A stretch of DNA of 32,720 nt from an uncultured Propylenella sp. (GTDB taxonomy: Bacteria; Pseudomonadota; Alphaproteobacteria; Rhizobiales; Afifellaceae). A program made the translations under genes and the position numbers. The notes under the pieces are model-generated. The model was not told the origin of the DNA and made no database searches. It was given only the letters and a program-made list of their open reading frames with translations. The stretch's first letter is position 1. Each line of letters starts with the position of its first letter. The stretch lies in assembly GCA_964566475.1 (NCBI GenBank), contig CAZMJQ010000484.1, positions 1 to 32,720 on the forward strand, in the 5' to 3' direction. Below are positions 1 to 7,847 of this stretch, piece after piece.

Positions 1-636
1 CAGTCGGCGACCGGCGCGCTGCTCGACCACATCATCCGCTGGCACGGCGCGGCCGGCGAGCCGACCGAGGCCGTGCACAGGGCGATCACCGAGCGCGTCA
101 TGCAGCTTCGCGAGAGCGAGGGGCTCGACCTCGCGGGGCGCCTCCACGTGCTCCCCGATTTTCACGGCAACCGCTCGCCGCTTGCCGATCCGAACGCGGT
201 CGGCGTGATCAGCGGGCTCACGCTCGACGCGTCCTTCGACAGCCTCTGCCGGCTCTACTGGCGCACCTCGGTCGCCATCGCGCTCGGCGTGCGGCACATC
301 CTCGATGCGCTCAACGGCAGCGGCTACGGCATCGACGTGCTGCACGTCACGGGCGGCCATACGAAGAACGCGCTTCTGATGGAGCTCTACGCCGACGCAA
401 CGGGATGCACGGTAATCGAGCCCGCGGCCGAGGACGCGGTGCTGCTCGGCACGGGCATGGTGGCGGCGACGACGGCCGGGGTCTATCCGAGCCTTGTGGA
501 GGCCTGCCAGGGCATGCAGCGCGGCGGGCGCGCACAGCCCCCCAACCCGGCGGCGATGCAGCGTTTCGAGCGCGACTACCGCGCCTTCCTCGCGATGCAC
601 GAGCAGCGCCGGGCGTTGGACTCCCTGGTGCAATGA
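1..636 (+). CDS. FGGY-family carbohydrate (pentulose/ribulokinase-like) kinase, C-terminal part; 5' end lies outside the window
   Basis: Frame 1 is open from base 1 to the TGA at 634-636, so the listed GTG at 73 is internal. The C-terminal segment HVTGGHTKNALLMELYADATGC...LLGTGMVAA resembles the FGGY kinase C-terminal domain. Confidence 0.75.
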   Translation, partial: QSATGALLDHIIRWHGAAGEPTEAVHRAITERVMQLRESEGLDLAGRLHVLPDFHGNRSPLADPNAVGVISGLTLDASFDSLCRLYWRTSVAIALGVRHILDALNGSGYGIDVLHVTGGHTKNALLMELYADATGCTVIEPAAEDAVLLGTGMVAATTAGVYPSLVEACQGMQRGGRAQPPNPAAMQRFERDYRAFLAMHEQRRALDSLVQ

Positions 637-658
637 CGCGCCGCCGCCGTTTCTAGGT

Positions 659-1405
659 TCAGTACGTCGTGCGCCCGCCCGACAGGTCGAAGACGGATGC
701 AGTCGTAAAGCTGTTCTCCTTCGACACGAGCCAGGCGACCATCGCTGCGGCTTCCTCGACCTCCAGGAACCGGCCGCGCGGGATGCGCACCCGCATATAC
801 TCGATGAATTCCTCCGTCAGCGTGTCGAGGATGCGAGTCTTCGCCGTCGCCGGCGTGACGGCGTTCACCGCAATGTCGTAACCGGCGACCTCCTTGCCGA
901 GCGACTTGGTGAGGCCGAGCACCCCGGCCTTGGCCGCCGAGTAGGCGGAGAGGTTGGGATTGCCCTCCTTGCCCGCCACCGAGGAGATGTTGACGATGCG
1001 TCCGTAGTTGCGCGCCTTCATCGACGGGATGACGACGCGGTTGACGTAGAACGTGCCGTTGAGGTTCACCTCGACCACCCTTCGCCACATGTCGGGGTCG
1101 TACTCCTCGAGTGGCGCGTTGCCTCCCGCGATCCCGGCTGAGTTCACGAGGATCGAGACGGGGCCGACTTCGCTCTCCACCTGCCTGTGCGCTTCGACCA
1201 TGCCCTCCAGGTCGGTGACGTCGATCGTTTTCGACGATGCAGCCGGACCCAGGCCGGCCTTGGCCTTCTCCAGCTCATCGGCATTCATGTCCCACAGGCT
1301 GACCTTGGCGCCCGACGCGATGAGGCGGCGGCCGATCGCCAGCCCGATACCCTGTGCGCCGCCTGTGACGACGGCGGTTTGTCCGTTGAGGTCGATCTGG
1401 TTCAT
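659..1405 (-). CDS. Short-chain dehydrogenase/reductase (FabG-like SDR oxidoreductase)
   Basis: 248 aa. It has the Rossmann motif TGGAQGIG near the N-terminus, NSAG, and the catalytic YSAAK (Tyr-x3-Lys). Confidence 0.9.
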   Translation of the reverse strand: MNQIDLNGQTAVVTGGAQGIGLAIGRRLIASGAKVSLWDMNADELEKAKAGLGPAASSKTIDVTDLEGMVEAHRQVESEVGPVSILVNSAGIAGGNAPLEEYDPDMWRRVVEVNLNGTFYVNRVVIPSMKARNYGRIVNISSVAGKEGNPNLSAYSAAKAGVLGLTKSLGKEVAGYDIAVNAVTPATAKTRILDTLTEEFIEYMRVRIPRGRFLEVEEAAAMVAWLVSKENSFTTASVFDLSGGRTTY

Positions 1406-1663
1406 TCGATGTCCTTGTCGTCGGGCTCTGCGATGAAGGCGGCGGGGGCCGCAGTCCGTACCGAGGCACTGCCGGATGGTTCTAGCGGCACGAAGGCATC
1501 GGCCGTCAAGCGTCGGTTCTCGCGGACGGTGCAGGCGCGGGGTGGCGTGCGGTCCTTGAGGGTCGCCGGCTCCTGGAGACGGATCGAGAAAATTTTAATC
1601 AAAGTGCGCCAGTATCAGCTTGTTTGCCGGCTTTGATGCCGTGGTGATCCCTGCAGCGCTGGA

Positions 1664-3025
1664 GTGAGAATGGAAGCCCGCTCACCGGTTCGAAGCCAGA
1701 GTTCGACTCTGGGCAGCAAACGAACGAATCGCGTCGCGCACCGAACGGATCCCGACGGGAGCGTCTCCCTGCCGAAGCTTCGCAAGCGAATCCGGCAGCT
1801 TGAGGCGATCGCCGAGAACTTTCCGGGCGGATTGTCGATGTTCGACAGCGATCTGGCGCTGGTGCTGTGCAACCGGCGGCTGAGGGAGATGCTCGAGTAC
1901 TCCGACGCCCTTTTCGAGGACGGCAATCCCACCCTCGAGGAGCTGTTTCGCTACAACGCCGAGCGTGGCGAGTACGGTCCCGGAGACGTCGAGGAGCACG
2001 TCAGGGCGCGCATGGCGCTCGTGCGCAGGCGCGTACCTCACGCTTATGAGCGCGCGCGCCCGAACGGCACCGTGCTGGAGGTGCGCGGCGTCCCGCTGCC
2101 CGGAGGCGGTTTTCTCACGACCTATGTCGACGTGACCGAAGAACGCCGGCGAAGGCGGGACCTCGAAGCGGTTGTGGAGAACTTTCCGGGCGGCATCTGC
2201 ATGTTCGACACAGACCTCAAGATGGTCCTCTGCAACGCGCATCTCAAAGTCATGCTCGACTATCCCGATGATCTTTTCGGCGGCGGCGGCCCCACGCTCG
2301 AAGAGCTGTTCCGCTTCAACGCCCGCCGCGGAGAGTACGGGCCGGGGGATGTGGAGGCGCACGTGCGCCATCGCCTCAAGCTCGTCAGGGCGCGCGAGCC
2401 GCACGAATACGAGCGCGTACGGCCGAACGGCGCCGTCCTGCAGGTGCGGGGCATTCCGCTGGAGGGTGGCGGCTTCGTCACAACCTATCTGGATGTGACC
2501 GAGCGGCATCGGGCGGAGGCCCGCATCGCGCATCTCGCCCATCACGACCCACTCACCGACCTGCCGAACCGGCTGCTCCTGCGCGACCGACTCGGTCATG
2601 CCCTGGCGCACGTCAAGCGAGGCGCTCAGCTTGCGCTGCACTACATCGATCTCGACCGCTTCAAGCCGATCAACGACACCTACGGACATGCGGTGGGAGA
2701 CGAGGTACTGAAGGCGGTTGCCGATAGGTTGCGCAAGGGCACGCGCGAGATCGACACTGTGGCCCGCATCGGGGGCGACGAATTCGTGCTCATCCAGGCG
2801 GGTGTTCACGACAAGGGCGACGCCGAGGTGCTGGCCAACCGCCTCATAACGGCGATCCGGCAGGAGCTCTGGGTCGACGGGAACCGCATCTCGATCGGGG
2901 CGACGATCGGAATCGCATTCGCCCCCGCGCACGGCACGACCGCCGATGAGCTGATGGCGCGGTCGGACCTGGCGCTCTACGCGGCCAAGGAACAGGGTCG
3001 CGGGCGCTTCGCCTTCGCGTCATAG
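1664..3025 (+). CDS. PAS-PAS-GGDEF diguanylate cyclase
   Basis: Two tandem ~120-aa PAS-like modules each run from ENFPGG..MFD to TTY.DVTE. The C-terminal GGDEF domain has the RxxD I-site (REID, nt 2744-2755) exactly five residues before GGDEF (nt 2771-2785). The start is GTG 1664 or ATG 1670. Confidence 0.88.
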   Translation: MRMEARSPVRSQSSTLGSKRTNRVAHRTDPDGSVSLPKLRKRIRQLEAIAENFPGGLSMFDSDLALVLCNRRLREMLEYSDALFEDGNPTLEELFRYNAERGEYGPGDVEEHVRARMALVRRRVPHAYERARPNGTVLEVRGVPLPGGGFLTTYVDVTEERRRRRDLEAVVENFPGGICMFDTDLKMVLCNAHLKVMLDYPDDLFGGGGPTLEELFRFNARRGEYGPGDVEAHVRHRLKLVRAREPHEYERVRPNGAVLQVRGIPLEGGGFVTTYLDVTERHRAEARIAHLAHHDPLTDLPNRLLLRDRLGHALAHVKRGAQLALHYIDLDRFKPINDTYGHAVGDEVLKAVADRLRKGTREIDTVARIGGDEFVLIQAGVHDKGDAEVLANRLITAIRQELWVDGNRISIGATIGIAFAPAHGTTADELMARSDLALYAAKEQGRGRFAFAS

Positions 3026-3047
3026 ACGGCCGTGGGCTGCGGGTTCT

Positions 3048-4370
3048 TCACTCGGAGTGCAACGCTGCGGCAAGCTCTTTGAACGCATCCGCGCTCGTCG
3101 CTCCCGGCATCTGCGTCATGCACTTGTAGATCTTCGGGACGAAGGCGATCGCCTTATCCAGCTCCGGGTCCTGCCCGGCCTGGTATCCCCCCATCAGTCG
3201 GAGATCGCGCGTCTCCTCGAAGCGCGCGATCATGGAGCGGAGCTTGAGCACGAGCTCGCGCTCCTCCGGGGTCCAGACCTGATCGGCGAGCCGCGACACG
3301 GAGGCGAGCACGTTGACGGCGGGGTAGCGTCCCTCGTCGGCGATCGCGCGGTCGAGCACGATGTGGCCGTCGAGGGTGCCGCGGATCGCGTCCGCGACCG
3401 GCTCGTTGTGGTCGTCGCCGTCGACGAGAACGGCGAAGACGCCGGTGATGGAGCCGGAGCCGATTGCGCCAGGTCCGGCGCGCTCCAGAAGCTTCGGCAG
3501 GTCGCTGAACACGCTCGGCGCGTAGCCGCGCGCCACAGCCGGCTCGCCGGCCGACAGGGCGACCTCCCGCGCCGCATGTGCATATCGGGTGACGGAGTCC
3601 ATGATCAGCAGCACCGATTCGCCGCGGTCGCGGAAGAATTCGGCGATCGTCATGGCGGTCTTCGGTGCAAGCCTGCGCATGGCTGCACTCTCGTCGCCGG
3701 TGGCGATCACCGCCACGACGTTGGACCTGTCTCCCTTGAGTGCGTCCTCGAGGAATTCGCGCACTTCGCGCCCGCGTTCACCGACGAGCGCCAGCACCAC
3801 CGTGTCGAAGCCGCGCGCCCGCGCCAGCATGGAGAGGAGCGTCGATTTCCCCACGCCCGATCCGGCGAAGATGCCGATGCGCTGGCCGGCGCAGATCGGC
3901 ACGAACGCGTCGATCACCCGGACGCCGGTGCGGGCCGGCTTGTTGACGCGTGCCCGCCGCAGAGCGGTCACCGGGGACCCGTCGACCGGAACCCCGAGAT
4001 CGCCGGCCGGAAGCGGGCCCGAATCATCGATGGGCCGGGTGAGCGCGTCGAGGACGCGCCCCTTCCAGCCTGGGTGGGGATAGGTGAGGAGCGGTCCCAA
4101 ATGCGAGGCCGGCATCCCGATGCCGCCCGAAGCGACCGCTTGGAACGGCTTCACCGTCACTGCCATGTCGTCGATATGCACGATCTCGCCGACCCGCCCG
4201 TCGGCCTCGGAGCCGAGCATGACGATCTCCCCGATATGGACGAAGGGGGAGAGGCCGCGCACCCGGTAGTGGGTGGGCGCGATCTCGCTCACCGAGCCGG
4301 TGATGCGGACGAGCGGCAGATCCCTGTGGGCGAGCGCGAGATTGTGCCGCAGCGCCTCAAGCGCGGACAT
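3048..4370 (-). CDS. fliI: Flagellum-specific type III export ATPase FliI
   Basis: 440 aa with Walker A GSGVGKST and Walker B LLIMDSVTR, an F1/T3SS-ATPase-like sequence. It lies downstream of flgF in the same orientation. Confidence 0.95.
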   Translation of the reverse strand: MSALEALRHNLALAHRDLPLVRITGSVSEIAPTHYRVRGLSPFVHIGEIVMLGSEADGRVGEIVHIDDMAVTVKPFQAVASGGIGMPASHLGPLLTYPHPGWKGRVLDALTRPIDDSGPLPAGDLGVPVDGSPVTALRRARVNKPARTGVRVIDAFVPICAGQRIGIFAGSGVGKSTLLSMLARARGFDTVVLALVGERGREVREFLEDALKGDRSNVVAVIATGDESAAMRRLAPKTAMTIAEFFRDRGESVLLIMDSVTRYAHAAREVALSAGEPAVARGYAPSVFSDLPKLLERAGPGAIGSGSITGVFAVLVDGDDHNEPVADAIRGTLDGHIVLDRAIADEGRYPAVNVLASVSRLADQVWTPEERELVLKLRSMIARFEETRDLRLMGGYQAGQDPELDKAIAFVPKIYKCMTQMPGATSADAFKELAAALHSE

Positions 4371-4406
4371 GGGGCGGCCCGGGTGAGCGGCGGATCAGGA
4401 GCGGAC

Positions 4407-5135
4407 TCAACTCGTCTCGCCGAGGGTCCGGATGGCGTTGTCCGTGGTCGACTTCGCCTGGTCGATCATCGTGTTCGCGGCCTCGAAGGCGCGCGTGACA
4501 GCGATCAGCCGCGATATCTCCATGATCGGGTTGACATTTGAGCCCTCCACGAAGCCCTGGACTATTCCATTGCTCGTGAAGTCGAGCACCTCGATCGCCT
4601 GACCCTGCGGAATCACGGAGGCGTTGTCGTAACGCTGAAGCGGCGTCTCGGGATCGATCCGGAAAAGGCCGATGGCGCCGAGCTGCTGTCCTCCCTGCGT
4701 GATCATTCCGTCGCGCGTGATGACCGGCGGACCGGCGTCCGGATCGACGATGAGCGGCGCGCGGCCGACATCGAGAACGGGATGCCCGCCGAGTGTGGTG
4801 AGCTCGCCGCCCTGCTGCATTTGCAACCGCCCGTCGCGCGTATAGGCGACTCCTGCGGGCGTCGCTATGGCAAACCATGCATCGCCCTGCACCGCGACGT
4901 CGAGCGGATTTTCGGTCTGCGTCAGCGAGCCGGCATGGCGGGTGACGTAAGTCTCGCCGGACGAGACGAAGGCGGTCGAGTCCCGGGCCGCCGCTTCCTC
5001 GAGCGCCGTGGCGAACTTGACGCCCTCGGCGCGGTACCCCGCGGTCCCGATATTGGCGACGTTCTGAGCGATCGTGTCCAGCCGCTGCTGGAGCGCGACC
5101 TGCGATGACAGCGCTACGTACATGGCCGAATCCAT
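4407..5135 (-). CDS. flgF: Flagellar basal-body rod protein FlgF
   Basis: 242 aa. It has the N-terminal rod motif QNVANIGTAGYR and the C-terminal GFVEGSNVNPIMEISRLI typical of rod and hook axial proteins. Confidence 0.9.
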   Translation of the reverse strand: MDSAMYVALSSQVALQQRLDTIAQNVANIGTAGYRAEGVKFATALEEAAARDSTAFVSSGETYVTRHAGSLTQTENPLDVAVQGDAWFAIATPAGVAYTRDGRLQMQQGGELTTLGGHPVLDVGRAPLIVDPDAGPPVITRDGMITQGGQQLGAIGLFRIDPETPLQRYDNASVIPQGQAIEVLDFTSNGIVQGFVEGSNVNPIMEISRLIAVTRAFEAANTMIDQAKSTTDNAIRTLGETS

Positions 5136-5138
5136 CGG

Positions 5139-5924
5139 CTACGACCCTCCGAGCTTGAGGTTCTGCAGGCTGAGCAGCAGGCTGGCGCCAATGCCGGCCT
5201 CGAGCGGGCGTGAGTAGAGGGCTAGCGCCGGAGACCATGCGGTCGCCGTCGGATTGTCGAGGTCCCACAGGCTGGTGAAGCGGGTGAGGATCTCTTCGAT
5301 CTTCTCGGGGTCCTGCAGGTCGGCGATGTCGAGCCTGGCCTCAATCAGCGCCGCCTGCCGATCGATGTCCTGCATGCCGGTCTCGACCGGGATCCGGAAG
5401 GCCGTCTGCACCACCTTGAGAAGGGCCGGATCGGCGAGGATTTCGAGGGGATTCTCGATCGTGGCCGCCTTGCGTTGGAAGTAGAGAGCAAGGCGTACGC
5501 CCTCGTTCTGCGAGCCGGCATCCTCCTCCAGGCTCTGGCGCATGTACTTGTCCACCGTCCCCTGCTGCGTGCGGCTGAAGATCGTCGTGGCCTCGCCGTG
5601 CCGCACGAAGTTGAACGTCTCGACGAGGTCGCGGTAGCGGGTATCGGTGAGGCTGTTGGCAAAGCTTTCGCGGTCGTCGATGCCCTCCTCGAGCGCCTTG
5701 CGCATGAAGGCCTTGGCGTAGGTCATTTCCTCGAGGCCGAAGGCCTTCATCGCGTATCGGTAGAGCCGGTCGTCGGCCATGAAGTCGTCGATCGACTTCA
5801 CCTTCTCGATGTTTTCCAGGTAGTACGCTGTCTCCCGCTGCGCCTGCGGCGCCGAGGCGACACGCTCCAGCGAGCGCGTCATGTCGGCGGCCAGGAGGCG
5901 GTACGAGACGGAAGTGGAAAGCAA
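5139..5924 (-). CDS. DUF1217-like flagellar-cluster protein of unknown function
   Basis: 261 aa with a TTG start. The N-terminus MLSTSVSYRLL and the YRYAMKAFGLE segment match my memory of the DUF1217 family found in alphaproteobacterial flagellar clusters. It is the first gene of the minus-strand operon, with a 3-nt gap to flgF. Confidence 0.7.
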   Translation of the reverse strand: MLSTSVSYRLLAADMTRSLERVASAPQAQRETAYYLENIEKVKSIDDFMADDRLYRYAMKAFGLEEMTYAKAFMRKALEEGIDDRESFANSLTDTRYRDLVETFNFVRHGEATTIFSRTQQGTVDKYMRQSLEEDAGSQNEGVRLALYFQRKAATIENPLEILADPALLKVVQTAFRIPVETGMQDIDRQAALIEARLDIADLQDPEKIEEILTRFTSLWDLDNPTATAWSPALALYSRPLEAGIGASLLLSLQNLKLGGS

Positions 5925-5968
5925 AGCCGGCCTCCGGGCACGAAACCCCTGCAGCCTCGCTCAGCGAG

Positions 5969-5982
5969 CTTGTCCCAAGCTG
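5969..5982 (-). promoter_or_regulatory. Candidate flagellar promoter/activator box (minus strand CAGCTTGGGACAAG); the core AGCTTG-TCC-CAAGCT at 5967-5981 is a perfect palindrome
   Basis: The box ends 45 nt upstream of the TTG start of the DUF1217 gene. It matches the boxes at 5997, 11464 and 27449. Confidence 0.45.
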
Positions 5983-5996
5983 GTGGAGCGCAAATT

Positions 5997-6010
5997 CAGC
6001 CTGGCACAAG
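5997..6010 (+). promoter_or_regulatory. Candidate flagellar promoter/activator box CAGCCTGGCACAAG upstream of motA
   Basis: The box ends 45 nt upstream of the motA TTG start. It matches the flgB/flgE box at 11 of 14 positions. Confidence 0.45.
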
Positions 6011-6055
6011 CCTCGTGACATAGGTCGGGACACGGATTCTCCTGGGGGCAGCCAC

Positions 6056-6934
6056 TTGAACTTCGTCATAGGCCTCGCGATCGCCGTCACGTCGCTGCTT
6101 GGAGGCTACGCTGCTCTCGGCGGGCACCTGGGCGTCATCTGGCAGCCCTGGGAGTTCGTCATCATCGGCGGCTGTGCGCTCGGCACCTTCATCATCGCCA
6201 ATCCCATGAACACGGTGAAAGATACCGGGCGCGCGGCGATGCAGGCGATCATGGGCGGCTCGCCCAAGCAGAAGGACTACCTTCAGGTCCTCGGCCTGCT
6301 CTACGCGCTGATGCGCGAGCTGCGCGGCAAGTCGCGCAGCGAAGCGGAGGCGCACATCGACAACCCGAAGGAGTCGGAAGTCTTCAAACGCTTCGACAAG
6401 GTGCTGGCGGACAAGCAGCTCACCGATTTCATCTGCGACTATGCGCGGCTCATCATCATCGGCAACGCCCGTCCGCACGAGATCGAGGCGCTGATGGACG
6501 AGGAGATCCAGACCCACGCCCGCGACCAGCTGAAGCCGTATTACGCGCTGAGCGCCGTCGCGGAGTGCCTTCCCGCGCTCGGCATCGTGGCGGCCGTGCT
6601 CGGCGTCATCAAGGCCATGGGCGCGCTCGACCAGTCGCCCGACCTGCTCGGGCACCTGATCGGCGCCGCGCTGGTTGGCACGTTTGCAGGAATTTTCCTT
6701 TCCTACGGCATCGTCGGCCCGCTTGCCAACAAGGTGAAGGTGGTGCGCGAGAAGCGCTGCCGCATGCTCGTAGTGGTCAAGCAGGCCTTCCTGGCCTTCA
6801 TGAACGGAGCGATGCCGCAGATCGCGCTTGAGCATGGCCGCAAGACCATCTCCGCCTACGACCGGCCCTCGATCGACGAGGTGGAGAGCGCGACACTGGC
6901 GGGCGGCGAGCCGGCCCCGGCAATGGCGGCCTGA
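6056..6934 (+). CDS. motA: Flagellar motor stator protein MotA
   Basis: 292 aa. The N-terminus MNFVIGLAI...GGYAALGGHLGVIWQPWEFVIIGG and the MotA/TolQ/ExbB-type multi-TM layout fit MotA. The TTG start is preceded by a GGGGG run 7 nt upstream. Confidence 0.92.
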   Translation: MNFVIGLAIAVTSLLGGYAALGGHLGVIWQPWEFVIIGGCALGTFIIANPMNTVKDTGRAAMQAIMGGSPKQKDYLQVLGLLYALMRELRGKSRSEAEAHIDNPKESEVFKRFDKVLADKQLTDFICDYARLIIIGNARPHEIEALMDEEIQTHARDQLKPYYALSAVAECLPALGIVAAVLGVIKAMGALDQSPDLLGHLIGAALVGTFAGIFLSYGIVGPLANKVKVVREKRCRMLVVVKQAFLAFMNGAMPQIALEHGRKTISAYDRPSIDEVESATLAGGEPAPAMAA

Positions 6935-6935
6935 G

Positions 6936-7847
6936 ATGCAGGCGGCGGCACAGCGCCTGGACGACTTCTCCGCCATCCGGCTCTTCGACAAGGCGGCGTT
7001 CGCCGAGCCGCGCTATCCTCGGCTCAAGGCCGTCTTCGAGAAGATGGTGGCAGCCAGCCTCGACAATCTACGCGAGCTGTGCCTCGCCCCGCCGCACTAC
7101 ACGTTCAAGAGCGTCCAGGCCGAAGCGCTCGGCGCCACGCTCGCCGAGACCGGCGACGACGGCATGGTCGCCCTCTTCGCCGTGCCGCAATGGAACGGGC
7201 GCCTGCTCTTCACGGTGGACCGGCCATTCGTCTACGCGGTCACAGAGCTGTTCTTCGGCGGCGACGGCTGCGAGCCGCCGTTCGAGGAGAAGCGGCGCTT
7301 CTCCCAGATGGAGAAGAACGTCGTGCGCGCTGTGCTGACGAGCTCCGCGAGGGCGCTGCAATCCTCGCTGCTCCCCTCAATTCCCGATCTCAGCATCACG
7401 ATGGAGCGCATCGAGGCGAGCACCGAGCTCATCACGCTCGACGAGCCGGAAAGCCAGGCGGTCGTCGCGAGATTCGAGCTCTATGCGCTGGGAAGGCGCG
7501 GCGAGCTGCGCATCATCATTCCGCGGTCAACCATCCGCTCGGCGCGCTCACGGCGCGGGGGCGAGGCGGACGAGCCGCAGAGCGAGCTGTCCCGCCGGAT
7601 GCAGGGCAAGATCGAAGATACCGACGTGCGGCTCCGCGCCGTGCTGGAAGAGCGGCAGATGACGCTCGCCGAGATTGCCGGCCTGAAGGTCGGGCAGGTC
7701 ATCCCGCTCGCGGCGCGGGTCGACGGCCGCATCAACCTGGAATGCGACGAGAAGCCGTTCTTCCACTGCGAGGTCGGGCAGTCGGGCGGCTTCTATACGC
7801 TCCGCATCGACCACGTTCTCGATCGCTCAGAGAGGGCAAGAGCATGA
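6936..7847 (+). CDS. fliM: Flagellar motor switch protein FliM
   Basis: The ATG at 6936 lies 1 nt after the motA stop (6932-6934); the listed ORF start at 6828 would overlap motA by 107 nt. The protein has a GGxG motif (FFGGDG) and a C-terminal FliN/SpoA-like segment (LKVGQVIPL...FHCEVGQSGGFYTLRI). 303 aa. Confidence 0.85.
   Translation: MQAAAQRLDDFSAIRLFDKAAFAEPRYPRLKAVFEKMVAASLDNLRELCLAPPHYTFKSVQAEALGATLAETGDDGMVALFAVPQWNGRLLFTVDRPFVYAVTELFFGGDGCEPPFEEKRRFSQMEKNVVRAVLTSSARALQSSLLPSIPDLSITMERIEASTELITLDEPESQAVVARFELYALGRRGELRIIIPRSTIRSARSRRGGEADEPQSELSRRMQGKIEDTDVRLRAVLEERQMTLAEIAGLKVGQVIPLAARVDGRINLECDEKPFFHCEVGQSGGFYTLRIDHVLDRSERARA

Noticed and set aside
1616-1622. CAGCTTG half-box 48 nt upstream of the diguanylate cyclase start
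   Set aside because: Only the left half matches and the ACAAG half is missing (CAGCTTGTTTGCCGG). A 7-mer match alone is not significant.
3057-4541. 494-aa ORF on the plus strand
   Set aside because: It is entirely antisense to fliI and the flgF 3' end. It has an Arg/Gly/Asp/His-rich composition with no motif, as expected for a shadow ORF in GC-rich DNA. fliI on the other strand has clear Walker motifs.
6019-6023. CATAG pentamer recurring downstream of the boxes (6019, 11508, 27487)
   Set aside because: Its distance from the box is 22, 44 and 38 nt, which is not constant. It is absent from the other three regions, so it is probably coincidence.
6828-6935. Upstream extension of fliM (listed ORF start at 6828)
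   Set aside because: It would overlap motA by 107 nt and encode an Arg/Pro/Trp-rich peptide. The ATG at 6936, 1 nt after the motA stop, fits the compact coupling seen throughout the cluster.
5996-6991. 331-aa minus-strand ORF, and the overlapping 249-aa ORF 5341..6090
   Set aside because: These lie antisense to motA and in an alternative frame of the DUF1217 gene. They are Arg/Ala/Gly-rich shadow ORFs, and the annotated partners have strong family signatures.
7079-7843. N-terminal 255 codons of the 433-aa ORF 7079..8380
   Set aside because: This part is an alternative frame of fliM (Arg/Ala/His-rich). Only the segment from ATG 7844 has a protein-like sequence and a coupled start.
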